Translations under genes and position numbers: made by a program
Part shown: piece by piece, positions 60,101-64,000 of the stretch
How positions within the stretch are numbered: the first letter of the stretch is position 1
Layout of the letters: the number at the start of each line of letters is the position of its first letter
Assembly: GCA_051294905.1 (NCBI GenBank)
Contig: CM119372.1
Span: 13,146,001-13,210,000, forward strand
Direction: 5' to 3'
Length of the DNA: 64,000 bases
From: Botryllus schlosseri
Lineage: Eukaryota
Notes under the pieces: generated by a model
Databases searched by the model: none
Told to the model about the DNA's origin: nothing
Seen by the model: only the letters and a program-made list of their open reading frames with translations

Positions 60101-61991
60101 AATTTCGACCAGTCATGCATATCTAGCCTGGAACCCCCGATTCGTGAAGTAGGCCCTACACCTATAAAAGTCGATGGAACCGTTATAGTCCAACATATGA
60201 CTGAAAAAAATGAGAGCGGAACTGCATATTGATAAATTTCAGTTTGAAGAGTTTCTTCTGTTCGGCGTAATCTTGGTAATTAAAGATTTCGTAAGTGACC
60301 AATTATATTAGCGATTATATTACGAACCATTTATGGTGCATTTAGGTTCGAAATTTAGTTTACACTGAATCATCATCTTCTATGAAACCCTAAAATAGGG
60401 CTACTAAAATATTTTACGTAGGACTGTCTAGGTCTACTGCAATTCATCTTGATTGAGATGTTTATTTTCCGTTTATTCTTTGCTCAAACAATTGTGATCA
60501 TTGATCAATCATCTGATTGAAGTGCATTTTGTCATTTTGCAGATTTGTTCAAATGTCCATCATACTACGTACAAACGCGATATTACAGAGCCCCGGAGGT
60601 AATACTAAGTCTCGGAATCACCCCTGCTGTCGACATGTTCAGCGTCGGGGTGATATTTTCCGAATTTTACCTGGGAAGTCCGCCGTTCTTCGGGGAGACG
60701 GAAACTGATCACTTTGCCTCCATGATGGAAGTATTGGGTCTTCCGCCCACGCATATGATCGCAAAATCACCGAGGAAGAAGGTTTATCAAAGTAAGGGGC
60801 GATTCGCGTTTAGCAAACCGTTATAAATTATCGAAAAACATTCAAATCCCATGGTACACACATCGCATAATATTATTTTCGAATATATTCGGTGATGTAT
60901 TGGATAGTTCTCCGATCTAGCTATTATAGTATGCCTGTAAATACTTATATATTTTTGGGTGGCTTGTGCTTGTGCAGCGTGCAGTGTGCATGCGCAAGTT
61001 TGCACTATCATTGATTGTGTTGCGAGTGGCCAACAGGCGATAAGCACCAAATAACAATAAAAGACAGAAGTATTGAAACATGCTGTCAGTGCATCAGGGA
61101 AGCTGTCATGTGCCGAATAATTGTGACGACATCATTACAGATTACAGTAACATGGCTAAAATTCAACCCAGTAGACTAGAAAACACCGCAGCTCTAAGCT
61201 CTCTGCGACATGGTCTCTATACGGCCCACTGCGTAGTCTTCTTTTACATATCGTTCAAATGATGTTGATTTTGATTCAGGGGCTATCTGCTACGAGACCG
61301 AAAGCGGGTTTAAACGGCGACCTTACCGAAAACCGCTCACGAAAGTATTGCATGGGATGGATTCGGAACTGTTCGATCTCATCGCTAGATGTCTCGAGTG
61401 AGTAATTTGTGTGCATTTTAAATAAATGAAAGCTAACGTTTAAAATTTCATCATATTACTCAACGGTGTGTGCGCGTGAATTTGAAATGAACCCGAATAT
61501 ATTCGGCTTACACTCGTCAGGGGTGATCGTCAGCAGCTAGTAGAGAATTGATATAATGTTCTCTCCAATTCTCTACTAGTTGCTGGCGATTGCCCCTGAC
61601 GACTGTGTCAGGCGAAAATATTCGGGTTCATTTCAATATGAATATACTATTCAATTGTATATTATAACAAACACGCTCGTTTAAAATTTCCTTATAAGAC
61701 CACTTACCTGAATTAGAATTTACCAATCATGCTATTTTATCTCCTAGAAAGCTTCGAGCTTCAACACATACATCCAATCATCCATCTTATCGGTATATAG
61801 GCTAATGTATATTTCTATAGATGTATCGATAGAGCACATACGTATACGTAATCCGAACATTTCTTAGGTTCGACCCGAAACTTCGCATAACTCCCGAAGA
61901 AGCATTGAAGCATCCATTTGTTACCGGAATTCAACCTGACAACGAGTTGAAAACACCAATTTCAATGCAACGATTTCTCGGAAAGATTTGA
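42135..61991 (+). CDS. Class II DYRK (DYRK2/3/4-like) kinase with N-terminal type II transmembrane anchor, 13 exons, ~711 aa
   Basis: Exons 42135-42600, 42660-42711, 43639-43681, 48186-48528, 51881-51905, 52020-52230, 56295-56434, 58267-58404, 58951-59080, 59136-59232, 60543-60791, 61280-61397, 61868-61991; all GT-AG, phases consistent, 2136 nt total. NAPA-like WERFEIMHYPKIFYLG, DH box GYDYFHEDEEEGHY..DHIAYRFE, GSGTFG, VALK, HADMKPGN, DFG, YYVQTRYYRAPE, GETETDHF, FDPKLRITPEEALKHPF. The kinase part is near certain; the link to the TM exon is inferred from phase compatibility. Confidence 0.82.
45451..47997. mobile_element. Composite hAT-type element, copy 1 (kinase intron 3)
   Basis: Perfect TIR CAGTGCTCTTCAACC / GGTTGAAGAGCACTG; perfect TSD TGATAGAA; GGGTGTAC subterminal repeats. 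Confidence 0.92.
45631..46941. mobile_element. hAT-type element nested in copy 1
   Basis: TIR CAGCACCGTAAC / GTTACGGCCCTG; perfect TSD TGAGCATG; absent from copy 2 at the equivalent site; another copy starts at 63268. Confidence 0.85.
48601..50302. mobile_element. Composite hAT-type element, copy 2 (kinase intron 4)
   Basis: Same TIRs as 45451-47997; perfect TSD GCTTAGCA; body colinear with copy 1. Confidence 0.92.
49442..49873. mobile_element. TAGGG-terminated MITE nested in copy 2
   Basis: Ends TAGGGTTACTATA / TATGGTAAGCCTA; perfect TSD AATTTGCG; GTCCTC repeats; absent from copy 1. Confidence 0.82.
50546..51426. mobile_element. hAT-type MITE inserted into a LINE 3' remnant
   Basis: Perfect TIR CAGTGGTCGGGAACC / GGTTCCCGACCACTG; perfect TSD GTCTATGG; GAGCCAT repeats; the LINE 3' UTR resumes after it. 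Confidence 0.9.
53122..56042. mobile_element. Putative CAC-terminated (EnSpm/CACTA-like) non-autonomous element in a kinase intron
   Basis: Ends CACTGTTAAAAATATTC / GAATATTTCTAAGAGTG flanked by TA; dense TTTAC/GTAAA subterminal repeats at both ends. Confidence 0.5.
56686..57923. mobile_element. hAT-type MITE containing a nested GACTC-repeat element (~56936-57490)
   Basis: Ends CAGTGGTGGGCAAAC / GTCTGCCCACCACTA with GCGGCTC motifs; the inner segment matches 10311-10876. Confidence 0.65.
59262..59921. mobile_element. Foldback MITE (second copy) in a kinase intron
   Basis: Near-identical to 40488-41147; TA flanks inside a palindromic target ACTGTACAGTA...TACTGTACAGT. Confidence 0.92.
61478..61655. 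repeat. Inverted pair of hammerhead-bearing family A repeats in the last kinase intron
   Basis: Minus copy 61491-61524 (ACCC-CTGACGA-GTGTAAGCC-GAAT-ATAT-TC-GGGT) and plus copy 61592-61627 (GCCC-CTGACGA-CTGTGTCAGGC-GAAA-ATAT-TC-GGGT), separated by an inverted CTAGTAGAGAATTG / CAATTCTCTACTAG spacer. Confidence 0.7.
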
Positions 61992-62869
61992 AGTACAAGC
62001 CAGCGTATGCGGTTCTGATAAATGCGAAATAAGGCATCTTAGAAAATGGATATCAAATTATCGGTACGATATTTCAAACAGCCAAACTATAATAGGCTCT
62101 ACGAATAATCAGCAGTATAGTTGAAAAACTTAAGTGCGGTAATAATAACGATGCATTAGGGTACCCTACCCATATTTGGTATATTTTGGGCCCGAAGTCG
62201 GTCATATCATATACTGTGCAAGTGCAATATATTCTGGTCGCATTCTATCGCCATCAATGCAGAAAGTCTTCAAATTTTCTATCGTTCATGCTTTATTGAC
62301 TCTGTACGTTGCGTTGTATGACGGTGCAGTATTGAAGAACTGTGTTGAGCGAAATATTACATTTCGTGATATCGGTGAAGAATTATGAATTTGCACATTA
62401 TTTTCACTGTACGGAGGTGACTCCTTTATATTGTTTGGTCGTGGATATTTGTGTTTCTGTTTTCTCTCTTTCCTTGCTAGCTGTCAATTCTTGTGGCGCA
62501 GGGGATACGTTGATATAATTTATAAACATGCGGTCGGCTTCATTTTTGGTGTGTGTGGTGGGGAGGAAAGCGAAGCTTCTTGGGAGGTCAATATAGTAGC
62601 TCTATGCCGGGTATTACCGATATATCATAAAAAATAACATATGTTTATCCACGATTTCTATTCATCGGTTGCGGTAAATGCGTAAATCTATTATGCGACG
62701 CTCGGGACACGTTCATTTACATTGGGAGTATGGTGACTGGTGAGCATTGAGCAACAGTAACTCATCATGGCGTGTAAAACTACTGAGCCATCATAAACAG
62801 TGACAATGTTATGAGAACAAGCCATTTGTGGTACAGAACTTCAGAATAACGCGAGACAATAACTTCATA

Positions 62870-63267
62870 TTGTTAATTTATTCGCTAAAAGCTTTTCGAC
62901 TGACCCTCATCAGTAGCGAACGTCAGTGATAGGGTGGATCAAATTCGAAATGTAAGAACTATTTTGTGTCTATGACGTAATAATAACAAAAACAAACAAC
63001 TAGTAGACGGGCAAGATACGGTAGTAACGATACAAAACAAACGTTCACGAGCACATATTCGGTCATAAATAACCGAGAACACAGCACACAACATTAATAA
63101 AATATTCCAAGGGTGTAGAGGCGTTCCTTCGGGCGACAGAGAATCGGCTTTCGCAGCTTTATGATCGTAGATTCCAGGACTTTCAAATGAAACAGAGAAC
63201 GGCCACGAGCAACTATAGAAAATTGACTGTCATTGTAAGGATCAGCATATTCTGGATGGGATAAGAG
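62870..63267 (-). mobile_element. Penelope-like retroelement 3' end (GIY-YIG endonuclease C-terminus plus pLTR)
   Basis: Minus frame 63267-63094 reads LLSHPEYADPYNDSQFSIVARGRSLFHLKVLESTIIKLRKPILCRPKERLYTLGIFY*, matching the PLE endonuclease tail pattern F.I....S.FHL..LE...I....P.LC..K. Followed by a hammerhead; interrupted at 63268 by a MITE. Confidence 0.78.
62881..62920 (-). ncRNA. Minimal type I hammerhead ribozyme (family B) of a Penelope-like element
   Basis: Minus strand UUCGCUA-CUGAUGA-G(GGUCAGU)C-GAAA-AGCU-UU-UAGCGAA: 7-bp perfect stem I, full core, palindromic helix III AAGCUU; ~170 bp downstream of a GIY-YIG C-terminus. Confidence 0.82.
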
Positions 63268-64000
63268 CAGCGCCGTAACTGCCGCACCCCAAACCCCCCG
63301 ATTGGGCGGGGCGAGCTCGAAGGGGGCCCAAAATTATTTCGTGAATTAGTATAAATCATAAAGTATTTTTTGAAAATTTATGCAATTTTGTCTAAAATTT
63401 TTCGCGCTGTGCGCGAATTCAATTTTCCATTTATCTTTATTATTGGGTATAGGGCCCTTACCGCGCCACGACCCACCAAGACATACAATCAAGTTTTAGG
63501 CCATATAACATGCGACTCCAAAAAGTGTGCCAGAACGATCGGCAGCTAGAAAACCTCGACCGAGAAGGTATATGCCCTTATGCTGACCGAAGACCTCGTT
63601 ATATATACAAAATACATATAGGTTTAATTGTCCATAGGCGCGTAAATGACTGGCGCCGAATGTTTCTGTCTTTGTAATCTGAACCTCACAAGACAAATAC
63701 CATCTCGCTGGGAAAAGTTTTATGCCAGCGAAGAAATACCAATTTGAAATCGTGTGCGTCTCTTATTTTAGAAGCCTTCGTTAGGGCGATTCTATATTTT
63801 TTGATATAGCAGACTGGAAGTCACGAAATAACATCATGTAACGAAGTCATATCAACGGGTCCGCCCGCCCGAAGATGTTTAATTATTATTTACGGGCCCT
63901 CCCGTTTTCAAGACACTTCACTCAGCTCTACCGGTAAATCTAATTACGTGAATAGAGAGGACAATAAATTGATAGCATAATATATATGCAGTCGCCGATC
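63268..64000. mobile_element. hAT-type element (same family as 45631-46941), runs off the window end
   Basis: Starts CAGCGCCGTAACTGCC..CCCCAAACCCCCC and is colinear with 45631-46400. Confidence 0.8.

Noticed and set aside
60781..60782. Kinase donor at AAG|GTTTAT
   Set aside because: It gives the wrong phase for the next exon; the donor at 60792 (A|GTAAGG) restores the conserved frame.

Overview
AT-rich, intron-containing animal (invertebrate, probably deuterostome or chordate-like) genomic DNA. Five multi-exon protein genes could be assembled by hand with consistent GT-AG splice phases: an Orai/CRAC channel (+, 2752-4485), KCTD7 (-, 7541-10119), uracil-DNA glycosylase UNG (+, 13477-17359), tektin-1 (-, 19493-25348, with an RFX X-box upstream) and a 13-exon, ~711-aa class II DYRK-like kinase (+, 42135-61991). 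The kinase is the most unusual item. It begins with a Golgi-enzyme-style type II signal anchor (basic N-terminus plus ~17 hydrophobic residues) and a long stem, has five N-glycosylation sequons, and has a Cys pair in the activation segment. This suggests a secretory-pathway (luminal or ecto) DYRK. Introns and intergenic DNA are packed with non-autonomous DNA transposons (many hAT-type with perfect 8-bp TSDs, some nested), long foldback MITEs, tRNA-derived SINEs and LINE 3' remnants. There is also a Penelope-like element 3' end (GIY-YIG C-terminus). Six minimal type I hammerhead ribozyme motifs in two families were found by eye. All calls come from manual reading; no database searches were run.
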